A DNA stretch of 63,275 nt, filler included, from Phoronis australis (Eukaryota; Animalia; Phoronida), in the NCBI GenBank assembly GCA_002633005.1. It is 7 parts of 7 records of this genome, joined end to end, with 100 filler letters (N's around TTAATTAATTAA, not from the genome) between each part and the next. Parts side by side here need not be neighbours in the genome. Positions count along the whole stretch, not along the records: positions 1 to 19,536 come from NMRA01000505.1; positions 19,637 to 34,350 come from NMRA01001546.1; 5 more parts are not named here. One strand, 5' to 3'. The notes below the pieces were generated by a model. It was not told the DNA's origin, did no database searches, and was given only the letters and a program-made list of their open reading frames with translations. The position numbers were made by a program, and so were the translations under genes. Below are positions 12,688-25,200 of this stretch, piece after piece. The first letter of the stretch is position 1; the number at the start of each line of letters is the position of its first letter.

Positions 12688-14555
12688 AGGGAAACGCAAC
12701 CTTATTTCGTGTCATTTTAGTAAAAATACGGTTCGTTGATTATCCCAGACACAAGCTTAAGTCAATTACTGCTAACCGTAATTTTATTAAGTAGTCGTGC
12801 ACTACTCCAGAAGTGACTTTTAGGGGGTTAAGAATTTCCCGCCACTTCGTTTCTAGTGCGTTCGAGTTACTGTGAGGACCTGTTCTACTGTTGTTTTGTG
12901 CCGGTCTCTTAACATAGTCGTCACCACTTCCGATCAACGACTATTCTAGCTAGATTGTTAGAGAACTCAGTTACGTTGGATTTAGGAATTTTTTAGTTTG
13001 TAGTAGCAGTGGGTGGATATATGTTTGCGCCCGAGTACAGTGAGGCAGAATACAGACAGCTGTTGAGAGGGATAAGGCAGAGACTGACAAACGTGGCGGG
13101 ACGTCTCGGTGCAAATGCAAGGTGTGCACTGTTATGCCGACCTCAATGGAATGCCTATGCTGTTCCAGCTGGATGATGACCTGAGCACCCAAACCGCTTA
13201 CAGCCACCTGTTTGACACTCTCGCCATACACCTGGCACCTTCTAAATAGCTGCTGTCAGAATATAGACTTACACTGTTTTTAGTTGTATTGTTTTGTTGT
13301 TCTGTTTGATTGGCATGACCCCTGAGTTAAATACAGTGATGATGTAATTTGTTTACAACAGTATAGTGTGGAACTTTCTAGAAGACTCTAGTGAAAAGTT
13401 CTAGAACAATGCATTAGTCTATAAATACACAAACATGGTTTGTATTAGTCAGTTAATCAGTTCAGCAGTCAGAGTAAAGCAGTTAACATTTAAACAGTTG
13501 AGAGAATTACAGTTGAGTTGCAGTGAAGAGAATCAGCAGTTACAACTAAAGTCAACAAAGAGTCAACTGAGTTATAGAGACAGCAGGTTATTGAATCAAC
13601 GAGTGTAACAGTTGCTGGAAGTGTCTCAGAAGCTCATCACAAGTCAAGGCTTCACAGCATTGGCTGGAGCATAGAACAGACATTACGTTGAACGTTTTGT
13701 TTGAGTAGGTTTGTGAACGTGCGGACGAGATTAATAACTCGAACCAGTCTCCAGTCTATCGTCGCACCGAAAGCTATTAGCACCGGTCTGTAACAACCTG
13801 CGACTACCCACACACAGGAAATACAATACTTTATTCAAGTCCACAATAAACTTATCAAAGTTTGGCTCACCGGCCTGACTACTGGACGACGAACTGTCCT
13901 CCCCACTGCGTGTCGAACATGGCCTGTATTCACTACCACAACTCAACATCTTTGCAAGGCTGCTCACAGGCTCTGGGCTCTGAAGAAGGGTGCCATACTG
14001 TCGCTGTTGATTCCCGGCAGTGCCCGGTCGCCACCCCCGAGAGGAGCATTTTTGAAACGAGTGGCTTCGCGAGTTGTGGCCTCTACAGTGACTGGCGGCG
14101 CTTCATGTACCATCTATCACCCGTGCCTCCAAATGTACCCTCAGAACGTGCAATTCCGGGAACTGCATGGGCGGAACCATTCTTCAGGTGTTGTTTTGCA
14201 AGATCGATTCCGCGTACATATCTCTTCGTAATCCAACTGCAGTGAAATGCTTGCCACACACTCCGTAATTCTCCACAGCCCATTGTACGTTGCGTGGACG
14301 GTAACGCTGCGCTCTTCACACGAATGAACCAAGTACGGCGGAGCGTGTCATCTTTCGGAAAGCGCTGTACTGGCATACCCAAAGTGCGCCTGAGACGATA
14401 ACGAGGACACCCTGGTACGTAGCCGTGCGGCAGGTTGACTGACTCGTAAACAAACGCAAACGACAACCGAAGTTATCACAACCGAGGTAAAACAATGACG
14501 GACTCGACAGGTCCCACAGTCGGACTATATGAAAACAAAATGGCGGGAAATTTCT
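12688..14555 (-). mobile_element. Internally deleted Kolobok-type DNA transposon, older copy (THAP fragment on -, KolX/P2X7-ballast-like fragment on +); right TIR truncated
   Basis: Starts TTAA|AGGGAAACGCAACC, a diverged version of the 20241 TIR. + strand GGYMFAPEY...CKCKVCTVMPTSMECLCCS (~13010-13168). - strand VPGC...RFPKDDTLRRTWF...VCGKHF (THAP, ~14200-14466) and FDKFIVDL. Confidence 0.8.
13254..13824 (+). mobile_element. Probable solo LTR (~570 bp) inserted in the Kolobok copy
   Basis: Absent from the homologous position of the 20241 element. Begins TGT and ends ACA, with an internal TATA-like CTATAAATA at ~13419. No clean TSD seen. Confidence 0.5.
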
Positions 14556-16390
14556 TCGGCTTCCTGTTTTCAATTTCTAATTCTTGATTCCAACATCTAA
14601 TGTTTGCTATATGAATATGGAGCTTCGTCAACGCTCCACCAAAATACTTTCTACAGGACAATTGTGTTACGCAACATGATGTTTTTTCTTTAGTCCTCCC
14701 GTTAATTACATGTTACCAGGGTCATTATTCTAAATACGTATTTCCACGCCAATCTACGACTACAATGTATTCCATAAGCATGTACAAACGCCATGTAGTA
14801 TTCATTCCAAAATTAGAATAGAAAACTTAGGTACGTCTTGTGTGTTGATCTCTATCGTTTTCAAAGCACTTGAAAGGCTCATATCATACTGTACTTAACA
14901 TGTTTCAAAACAATCAGCATNATGTTTGCTATATGAATATGGAGCTTTGTCAACGCTCCACCAAAATACTTTCTACAGGACAATTGTGTTACGCAACATG
15001 ATGTTTTTTCTTTATTCCTCCCGTTAATTACATGTTACAAGGGTATCATTATTCTAAATACGTATTTCCACGCCAATCTACGACTACAATGTATTCCATA
15101 AGCATGTACAAACGCCATGTAGTATTCATTCCAAAATTAGAATAGAAAACTTAGGTACGTCTTGTGTGTTGATCTCTATCGTTTTCAAAGCACTTGAAAG
15201 GCTCATATCATACTGTACTTAACATGTTTCAAAACAATCAGCATACTTAATGGCCTGACTTCCCAAGGACGACGTTCTACGTCATCTCTTCAGAAGAATT
15301 GAAAGAGCGGTTTTTTAATCATCAATTCACGCTCTGCGTCTTCACTGACATTGTCGGTGCTTTCAGAAATATTAAGCACGGAGCTAACGGTGTTGTATTT
15401 TACCACTTCAACGTGAATGACTCATTACGTGCTACATCCGATCTCAACCGACAAATAGGAACGCTTCTTACCGGTTGGGATTACAACGGGCACTTACCAC
15501 AGAGTCTGGACTTTTATATATGACCGCAATTTTTTCTTTGGGATTAGGGAACAAAGGTGTGTGGCAGTGAGACCCGCTGCCTATTTTAGGCAACATTCTT
15601 TCCAGCCCAGAGTTAAACACTGTGAACTATAAAAACTAAAGTGGAACTTTTTCATTGATTAAACGCTACATTGGACGTGACTGTGGCCTGAACACATCCG
15701 ATGCACAGCAACATCAGACCACCTGTACCTGTTTGTGATCGAGTGCATACCGTATACACTACCACTACCACCAATGAACCTTCTCCCAAAGCCACTACCA
15801 CCAATGTTTCATGCAATAAACTTGACTAACATGATTCTATTTGTAAACATATCTTTGTTTTCTTAAGGACGGAAACTTAATGAATAAAGGTAGACAACGG
15901 GTTGTTGTCTGTACCGGTGTTTACACAAGTCGTAACTTAACACACTGTTGACCAGGTGTTAGTAATACAGGTATTGATATTGGCAAACTTATCGCTAAAA
16001 ATCAATTACGCGACTGCTGTGAGATGTTTTCTTTGAAATTTGAATATTTTGAAATTGGAAATGTAAAATAAGAAGTGAAGTAAAATATTTTATGTAATTA
16101 ATTTCGATGTTTAATTCTTTTCTATATCAGTTCATCATTGAAAATTTACCTTAACTGTTTAACTCTGGTATTTACTGAATGTCAGCATGTGTATTAATAG
16201 ACAGTTCAGACAGGAAAACGAGAATTTTCAGAACTTGGCTGCGGCATGTCGTCACAGCCTCTAGAGGCACCCTGTACAGGCACCATGTACGCAGACATTG
16301 TTTACACGCTGTCCCAAGACACTGTTTGCACCCTGCCTCAAGACACTTGGAAAAGGTATAACTTATAGAAAGCACACGTGATGGGATTTC

Positions 16391-17103
16391 TTAAAGATGA
16401 AGAAATTCAACTATTTCATGCTTTAAGATGTCAAAACATGACCCAAAATTTGCAATTTTGTTATTTTCCCAAAAAAACACAAATTCACGACTGTCCCCGT
16501 ACTAGAGACTAGAAAAAATCCAAATGATTTCAGAAATAGAGATTAAAATATGTCATTGCCAATGTCCATCTGTCTGAAAGGCACCTCTACCTGTATTTGT
16601 ACCAAAAACTTCCCACTTAACTAAATAAGGATGCCCTCTCAAGATGGCCGCACTTCCGTATTGAGATGGACTAAGACCACAGTACCAGTTGCTGATTTTG
16701 ATCTTGACACTGGCTTGGGACAATCAAAGCCCTTTTTGCACAGCTCTCTCGGACACCTGAAAAAAGGCACAAGTGATAAAAAGTACGCTTAAAAATGAGG
16801 AAATTCAACAAAGCCATGTTTTACCTTGTTATATCAACCACGAAAAAAGTTCTAGATGCCAAAAATGACCAAAAAGTGCGATTTTGATCATGTTTTACCT
16901 AAAATCATAAATTCACGACTGCCCCGTGGCAGTAAAAGAGACCGTCATGCGAATGTCACTCTAGATTCCAGAAATTTAGGTTAAAACATGTCATTACTAG
17001 TCAGATTTTTGACAATTTCCACTAGTCTGAAGGACACCTGGATTCGCGCCAATAATTCAAAACTCAACGAGGACGTGCTCTCAAAATGGCGGCACTTCCG
17101 TAT
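16391..17103. repeat. Two diverged direct repeats (~16391-16661 and ~16789-17103)
   Basis: Shared blocks GAAATTCAAC, AAATTCACGACTG(T)CCCCGT and terminal AAGATGGCCGCACTTCCGTAT / AAAATGGCGGCACTTCCGTAT. Confidence 0.65.
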
Positions 17104-19536
17104 CCTAGTAGACAAGAGCACCGGCCAAACTTCTGGACTAAAAACAACTTGAAGGAACTACTGAATACCATTTATATCAATCACTCCCCATTTACTCTAC
17201 AAAATTTTCATCAAACGTAACCCACCTCTTTCCTTCATTTTGGTGGCTACAAAGGTCCAAACCGTGGTCTTAGACCTTATGTAACCACACCTAGGTTTAT
17301 GACTGTGTCGGCTTCCATGTTTCCGAGTCAGTTAACCTCTTTGTTGTTTACTTTCGCATTTAAAAATGCTGGAGAGAAAACACGAAGCGCTGTTTGTTAT
17401 TTCCGTGCTTATTCCGTAGTATAATACGACGGCAAATGTACAGTCTGCATAACAAGGTTTGTTACAGCACTGCATATTTAATACGAACTTACAACAAAGC
17501 AATATAGTTATCTGGAGAGTTGTTATGCAGATGCTGCTGCTGCCTGACGGCTTCTATGTGGCATCAGAAATAACGTGTTATGATATTGCTGAGGAGAGCA
17601 TTATATCCCCGTGTTGTGAGGACCAAGCTTCATGTTTACGTTTTTTTATTTCCGTAATACAGAAAAAATGGAATCGACTTGTTCTTGTCAGAAACTAATC
17701 TAACCCTGGCAAGATTTATGTTATCATGTTATAGTTTGGTGTAATATATACTGGAGCCATTAGCGTCAAACTTCAAACCTTTGCGGCTTAAAGTAGTTGG
17801 ATATAAAGTCCCATTCAGGTAGTTCAGATGTCAAGGTGAATTATTGTGTTGACGAGAGGCTTTCTGATCGACTTCAAATCCTTGATTACAAACCCTTGAT
17901 ATAGTATGTAGTATGGAGAGCAACATTACTTAGAAAGTGCTTACTGGTTTTGCAACTGGTTTTGCAACTGCTTTTGTTTTCGTAGTTCTTATTTTAAAAA
18001 CATGCAAGTAAAATTAGCTTTAAGGAATTTTTAGCATCTGTTGTAGTGTCGTGAATCCACATGCGGTATTTCAGCTTCTAAAAATGTTTATTTAAACCTT
18101 TGGTATGGACTGTAACTCCAGATAACGAATCACCATCAATTTAATCTAAGTTCGTCAAGTGACTTTCTCCCGGCGGATATTGTGAACTTCAAATGTAATT
18201 GGTTAAAATTAAATGTTCATAGTACGTAGTGCCGGTGAGTCTATGTGAGTCGAATGTGAAATCCGGCTGATCGAGTAACAAGTAGACAAATTTAGTTCCC
18301 CAGCAAATAAGTAGAATAACTTGTCAATTACGACCAGCACGGAACTGGATCGTTAGTTCACAAAAGAGCGTTGCACGAGACCGAGATGTTCGTAGACGAG
18401 TTGACACGCTGTAGGAACCTCCTTTGGCATTGCAAAAGGTCTGGGTTCAAGCTCCGATTGGGACAGACATTTTGTAGGCTTGTAGTTGCTAAGTCATGTG
18501 ATGTGACCATGTCTATGCCTTGCTCAATGCATGCACAGTCGGTAACGATCATCATGAATACTGCAGAGACAGAGACAGTAATGTTCACTTTTCCACAATT
18601 CAACTGCACAGTTTTTTATCCTTTGTAACATTAATATATACACACTGTGATGATGTTTGAGCAAGGATCAGTGTTTATATTGTGATGGACTGCACAAGAG
18701 TGACTATAATGATCATTCTAAGGAGCATTGTGCATTACTATCGTTGGTATAATTTAACTACTCCAATTAGAACTATTATAGTCTGTGATAATCTTCTTGC
18801 TGCTCATCATGTTGTCACTGCTGTGACACACCACCGACTTGACTGACATCTCTCGACTTCTCGCCGTACATCGTTAGCTGTAATAGTACCGCGAATGTCT
18901 GGGTGATTGGAAACGGCTGAACGTGATGCACATATAGATGCATATTCTGAAATTTGCACTTTTTACCTGTCTCGCACACCCCCAAAAATGATCCCAAGGG
19001 AGCCTTTTGGTAACAGAGGGGCCTATAAACAAGATGACGCCTGACTACATGGAAACAGATTAAATTGTGAAACTGACACGAGGTCGACGTCAAACAACTG
19101 GCTCACTGAAAATGGGGATTTATTTATTTCGGAATACCGTTTATAGAAATGTGACAGAAACTGAATTGATTATTCCTAAAAGTGTTGTCCTGGCACGTTA
19201 TAACTAAAGTTCCTAATTGTCGGAGAGCCACGAGTGAAAATAGTAGACCTATGTGAGTGAGGTCTAATTTGCCGGAGATTTTGTTATCATATCATTCTTT
19301 CGGGGAGTAGCAAGCAGAAGAGTTAAATACTTACGACAAGCAGACTGCTAATCTAAACCTTGAATCAAAATTTGCTTGAGTACATTATACTTGAAGTACA
19401 TAATTGTCCGACTAATCCTAGTTCGCGCTTGACGACTGTAGCATTAAATCTATAGGTTCGAGTCAGGGCTTGAAATCACGAGTTTTTACTCGAAATCACG
19501 AATGAGTTTTTACTAGAATCTAGAGTTTTTACTCGA

Positions 19537-19636
19537 NNNNNNNNNNNNNNNNNNNNNNNNNNNNNNNNNNNNNNNNNNNNTTAATTAATTAANNNNNNNN
19601 NNNNNNNNNNNNNNNNNNNNNNNNNNNNNNNNNNNN
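19537..19636. other. Artificial scaffold linker (44 N + TTAATTAATTAA + 44 N); identical linkers at 34351-34450, 37210-37309, 44635-44734, 47765-47864 and 57344-57443; plain N gap at 60644-60879
   Basis: Identical 100-nt structure with a six-frame stop spacer. Confidence 0.97.
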
Positions 19637-19936
19637 ACTGGCCTACATCATTGGGCCAATACAGAAGACATTTCAGGGCCAGTATTGGCCCAGTACCTGC
19701 ATGTTTACTGGGTAATATAGAGAGAATACAAAACAAGTTGAATGATATATAATGTTAACTGGTAAGATGGGCAAAAAGGCACGTCCAGATGTACTCAAAG
19801 ACAGCTCATTTTCATTCTTGCAAATTTAGCGAAAAGCCAGTAATAAGATTGCCTTGTTGATGACAATCTTCTAACACGGGGAGCCATATAATAAGTGGTT
19901 TTCACTGAAATACGCAAGAATATGAATTGGCCTACA

Positions 19937-20144
19937 GGCTGTATACACTTGGCAATGACTGGCTTGATTCATCTTTTAGTGACAATCATGGCTGTATACA
20001 CTTGGCAATGACTGGCTTGATTCATCTTTTAGTGACACTCATGGCTGTATACATTTGGCAATGACTGGCTTGATTCATCTTTTAGTGACACTCATGGCTG
20101 TATACATTTGGCAATGACTGGCTTGATTCATCTTTTAGTGACAC
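19937..20144. repeat. Minisatellite, 53-bp unit, ~4 copies
   Basis: GGCTGTATACACTTGGCAATGACTGGCTTGATTCATCTTTTAGTGACACTCAT repeated. Confidence 0.92.
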
Positions 20145-20487
20145 TAGTGGAATGCTTGGAGTAATTTGCAGGTACATATAGTCTCACATAATAAGTAACG
20201 TGTCTATAAACACCACACAACGCTTCCAATGTTACCTTAAAGGCGAAGGCAACCTTTTTTCATGCCATTTTGAGCTAAAATAAGGTTGGTTGGTTATCCT
20301 AGACATATTTACCACTTAATTACAGCTTTTCGTAATTTTATTAATTACTCGCCCGCTACTCCGGAAGTGACGTTTTAGGAGGCAAGCATTTCGCGCCAAA
20401 TTTCTTTTCATATAGTCTGACTGTGAGAGCTGCCGAGTCAGTCATTGTTCTACCTCGGTTGTGTTAAGTTCCGTCGTCGTTTGCTTN

Positions 20488-21160
20488 TACTTGGTTCGAT
20501 CGTGTGAAGAACGCAGCGTTACCCGTCCACGCAACGTACAAAGCAGTCGAGAATTACCGTGTGTGTGGCAAGCACTTTCTGCCGTCCGATTACGAATGGG
20601 ATTTGTACACTGAACTGATGAAGGTCCCTGCGAAACAACGCCTGAAGAAGGATGCCATTCAGTCTGTGTTGATTCCCGGCAGTGCCCCGTCGCCACCCCT
20701 GAGAAGTGCTTTTTTTGAAGAGAGAAGCCTCGCGAGCTGTGGCCAGTACAGTGACTGGAGCCAGTGGAGGCATTTCATCTACTGTCACCCGTGCCTCCGA
20801 ACGTACCCCAGAGCGTGCTATTCCTGGAACCAGTAGTGATTCGCCCCGTGCTGTTTTCTCCAGCCCAGAGCCTCTACGCAGCCCTGCAGCGATATTGAGT
20901 AGTGGGAGTGATTACAGGCTCAGTTCGACACCCAGTGAAGAGGACAGTTCGTCGTCCAGTGAACAGATCGGTGAGCCAAACTTTGAAAAGTTTATTGTGG
21001 ACTAGTCTAAAGTGTTGGAGCTATTTGGAAGGTGCGAGGTATGTGGCGAGGGAGTCACCCGACACGATGTAAGCAGTTTGGGTGCTTAGGTCACCATCCA
21101 ATGGGAGTGTGTCGCGGGACTCTCTGGCAAGTGGGACAGTTGTCCCGTGGTATGGCTGAG
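20488..21160 (+). pseudogene. 5' part of a Kolobok transposase: THAP domain plus Cys motif; DDE core deleted; frameshifted
   Basis: YRVCGKHFLPSDY...RLKKDAIQSV (THAP C-terminal half), then KFIVD...ELFGRCEVCG...G.*VTIQWECVAG..GKWDSCP. Confidence 0.8.
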
Positions 21161-21470
21161 GTCCACTAGTGTCCAGTAGTGGCTTGGCCTCGTCAAACTC
21201 TGAACAGCACAAGCATTCCATTGGGGTAGGCATAACAACGCACACAGTGCATTTGCAACAAGGTGTGTCACCACGTCTGTCCCCAGTAGCTGCCTCGTTT
21301 CTCGCAACAGCTGCCTGTGCTTGTGCGTACTCTGCCTCGTTAAACTCGGGCTCAAACATGTACCCACCCACTGAATGTCCGTGACAAAATTCCTCGTCAC
21401 CACTGCTGTGAACAAGGTCTCCGTCACTCACACTACTGTCACTGTGATACGGGTCACCGACTCCAGCCAT
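21021..21470 (-). CDS. Truncated KolX / P2X7 C-terminal ballast-like Cys-rich protein; C-terminus runs into antisense transposase sequence
   Basis: Acidic N-terminus, GYMFEPEF, then CCKCTVCVVMPTPMECLCCSE, matching the W-C-x-C-x2-C...E-x-x-CC Zn-binding pattern of P2X7 ballast/nanor-like domains. Confidence 0.7.
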   Translation of the reverse strand: MAGVGDPYHSDSSVSDGDLVHSSGDEEFCHGHSVGGYMFEPEFNEAEYAQAQAAVARNEAATGDRRGDTPCCKCTVCVVMPTPMECLCCSEFDEAKPLLDTSGPQPYHGTTVPLARESRDTLPLDGDLSTQTAYIVSGDSLATYLAPSK

Positions 21471-21968
21471 TTTCAGCTTATAACACACTAAACAATCCCT
21501 AAATCCAACGTAGTCGAGTTCTCTACTAACCTATCTTGCCGCAGAATACTCGCCGATGGAAAGTGATGGCGACAATTGTTGAAAAACAGCACAAAACAAA
21601 AGTAGAATAGAACAGATCCGCACGGTAAACTCAACGCAAAACCAAGTGGCGGGAAACGCTTGCCTCCTAAAACGTCACTTCCTGAGTAGCGGCCGAGTAA
21701 TTAATAAAATTACGAAAAGCTGTAATTAAGTGGAAAATATGTCTAGGATAACCAACCAACCTTATTTTAGCTCAAAATGACATGAAAAAAGGTTGCCTTC
21801 GCCTTTAACACCAAGGAATGTCAATCCTTGTCTTACTAAATAGACAACAAACTAGTAGTGGATCAATATTCACACCATCTTCATTCACACTTTAGCATGC
21901 AATAGGTGGTTGATGGCCACTGGCAACAATGTACCAATTTAACTCAGGTAAAACAAAAAATACATATT

Positions 21969-22279
21969 TCAAATGGTGGCAACACCGTCAACTTCATCAA
22001 GTTGTGAGCTCTTTTTGCAGTGAGGACATGTGTACACAGGATACAAATCTGACCGATTTACGTGTTCACTGTGTATGTACATGTGACGTGTCAAAGTGGA
22101 TTTGAATTCTGGCATTTGAAACGCAAATCTTCTTCCATACATAAACTTCCTATGAGACAACATGTTATTGACAATCTTCAGCATGTCTTCTAGATGATGA
22201 TGTGCGCTGTACTTTTTGATTACTTTACAGAGGGTGGTTATGTAGGGCGTCCCTTCATGGGTTCGGAACGAAACGTTAC
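21969..22279 (-). CDS. Caspase last exon (p10 subunit plus C-terminal extension)
   Basis: GNVSFRTHEGTPYITTLC...QMPEFKSTLTR; acceptor TTTGCAG; TGA at 21969-21971. Confidence 0.9.
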
Positions 22280-25200
22280 CTGCAAACAATTAAATTGAAG
22301 AAATTCATGTTCATAAAACCAGAACATGCAAATATTAAACATTAAAACCCTGATGATAAATGACGCACTCCTTTGAAAGCTGCATGTATTTGTACGTAAA
22401 ACTAAACGCATATTAGTTAAATTGTCCCCGTCTTGCCAAGACACCATCCAACAAATATTTTTAAGGGAACATTTGAAACAAGGCCCTGCGTCATCAATGT
22501 TCCAACATTCTCAGTCTGATTACAAAGAGGTGTGGTGGGGGGTGCAAACGCGAAGTGGTTGTTGTCTAGGGCCATTGGCTCGGTTACAAAATTCAATAAA
22601 CAAGGTTAGGGCAAACGGGAACAAAGGGAGAGGTATTTAGCATTAAACAAGGGAATGGACCGTCGTGCCCCGCTCCCTGCCGTGGTACGCCAGCTGATAC
22701 AATTTTGCAAGCATTAAACTGCAAATAATTTGATGTTTCCAGAAATGGTTCATCGAAAGTGTATGCCAAAAGAGTATACGTGTACTCTGTACTTGATAAT
22801 TGTGTTTTTGCAACCCGGTGAAGCGGTTTTCTATTTTTAGTCGTTGCTATTCTCATTCTAAATGGTTACCTGAAGTCCAAAGAAATAGGTCAGGATCCCG
22901 ATTTCAATTGAAGTAGTTTGTGTCATTCCATTACAGCTAAAATAGGCCAGGATCGTTCTTTCATATTTAAGGATCTGTATCATAATACAGGTATGCCAGC
23001 TTATACATGTACGTGTCACGGTATTTTCACGTGATGCCCGTTGAGATGGAGCAGAACCAGAAAATGCACTGGAGGGTGCACACTCAGAGCCCTTTCCCCG
23101 ATTGGCAATCACTTCAATTCAAGGTTTGGCTGCAATGCTCAATGCAAAGTCTACCGGGGTTGAATCATCTTGCCATTGACATAGCAGCACTTTGATTCAG
23201 AGTAGCCCCACACGATTGATTTCAACAGATTTTCAAAAGTGTTTTAAGAAGCTCACCTTCAGTCGTGGCGTATGCCGTGAGCATATGGGCATCAGGTGGT
23301 TGATCCATAACATAGTCAGTTGTTGTGTCTCTGGTTTCAATACATGCAGCAGTGGCTGCTCTATCCGGTCTTGTGACACGGCAAGACTGATACATAAACA
23401 CTTTCGGTAATTCTGAAATAAATATGAGCATTACACGAACTGGTAAACAATTTCTACACACAGTGCGTTAAACGCAGCAATTTTGAGAACTAACATCAAC
23501 ATGGCAGGCATTCTACACTTTTGTCAAAATGACGTAAAAGAGCTTCAGACATCAATTTACAGGCTAAACGTTGAAATCGTGGAAAAGGGCCATTTACTAC
23601 ATGCTGCACTGGTATCATGTCACCATAGCGACTACATTCCACCAATGAAATGAATTATGATGGAAAAGTTCACAACCACTTTCGAGTCTATCGTATGCTA
23701 GCACCTATTTACTTGCCAAACACCCGGATGACCTAAATGGAAATGGAATCAGTTGTTCATCACGGCCTTTAAAACAATTGTGATGAGTGTGCATCATCAT
23801 TTTGATAGATAACTGGTCTGAAGAAATTGAACAAAAGGATATCTTTTCGCAATTTGAGTTTTAGGTGGTGAGTAAATAAAAGAACATGTACGTACTATTC
23901 ATTCGTTGTACTTCATCTCCCCGGAAGTATTTACAAATGTCTCTAAATGGCACTAGGTGTCCATCAGTTGTTACGATGCCATCCTGCGAATGATATTAAG
24001 TGAGCCAGAAGCGTGAAAAGTAAATCCTTGACAGATGTACATGTAGTCTCCCAAGGTTTACAACATATGTTTTAGACGAACATGTTATCTCCCAAGGTTT
24101 ACAAAATGGCAAATATGCCGTTAAAACACATGTAAGCCTAAACATTTTTTCTTCTGTCGGTGAACAAATTCATTCCAGGCTTCGCTAATCAAAACTCTAA
24201 GGGAGTAATACATTAATTACTTTCTCAGTCCAGACCAAATAAACCCTCTGTTAACTGTTTACTTACGCAGGCCACATGGAATATTTCCATATTATGAGCA
24301 GGTTTCACATACCAATTGCAGAGTTGCATGTCAATTTCAAAAGGCCTGCTTTGTGTGAAAACACCCATGATTTACCTCCTTCAGTGGAAGGTCAAATTTA
24401 ACGAGTCCTAAATATATGTACCTATAATTTAATTGCTTTGGTATAGTAAACCACCTGAGTGAATGGATTCTTAACTGAGACCGGTCGAAAATATTCATAG
24501 ATACATGTGTATTACTGCAGTGTTCACCATACACGAAACAAGTTTGATGCCCAGTATTGAATTTTGGACTGGTTATATCAGTGTTTTGACCTACACAGAC
24601 ATAATGCATGCTTGATAATAGTACAGGGAATATAATTTAAATACCGTAAGGTTGATGTCTAGCATTGACTTATTGACTGCCTATACATGTAGCATTGACT
24701 TATTGACTGCCTATACATGTGGCATTGACTTATTGACTGCCTATACATGTAGCATTGACTTATTGACTGCCTATACATGTAGCATTGACTTATTGACTGC
24801 CTATACATGTAGCATTGACTTATTGACTGCCTATACATGTATCAGTATTTTACCTACACAGACGTAAATCGTGTCTGATAGAAAGTGCAATACCTGTAAT
24901 TTGAATAATGTTAGATTTGAAATACGCATCATTCGACAACTACGTAAAAACAACATCCCAGGTTGGCGATGGAGAGGAAAATCTGACAATTTAGGGAGTA
25001 AAGTGTATATAATCAACACCTTGAATTCCCCATAATTTAGCTGAGGTCAGCTTGCGCAGAACAAAAAATCCTCATTGACGTAGTTATGACCATCTGGTAA
25101 GTTCACCAATACAGGTTGTAGGGTAACCTGTTTGTGGACAGCACTAAAGAAACTTAGATTGGGGTATTTTGAACGATGGTTACAAATGCAGGCTTCCAAG

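Larger units (their letters stand above)
20241..21804 (+). mobile_element. Internally deleted Kolobok-type DNA transposon with ~158-bp TIRs and TTAA TSD
   Basis: TTAA|AGGCGAAGGCAACC ... GGTTGCCTTCGCCT|TTAA with near-perfect long TIRs, enclosing two convergent ORF remnants. Confidence 0.92.

Noticed and set aside
14600-15244. Near-perfect ~320-bp tandem duplication
   Set aside because: The two copies meet exactly at a single N (14921), so this is most likely an uncollapsed contig overlap or haplotype artefact.
18395-18470. tRNA-like segment with GGTTCAAGCTCC
   Set aside because: Imperfect B box and no convincing cloverleaf; at most a decayed SINE.
20480-20495. Missing N-terminal half of THAP in the 20241 element as a real deletion
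   Set aside because: It coincides with an N at 20487, so it may be an assembly join.
24831-25019. Candidate extra caspase exon
   Set aside because: No caspase similarity; exon 23896-23983 already bridges the His and Cys exons in frame.
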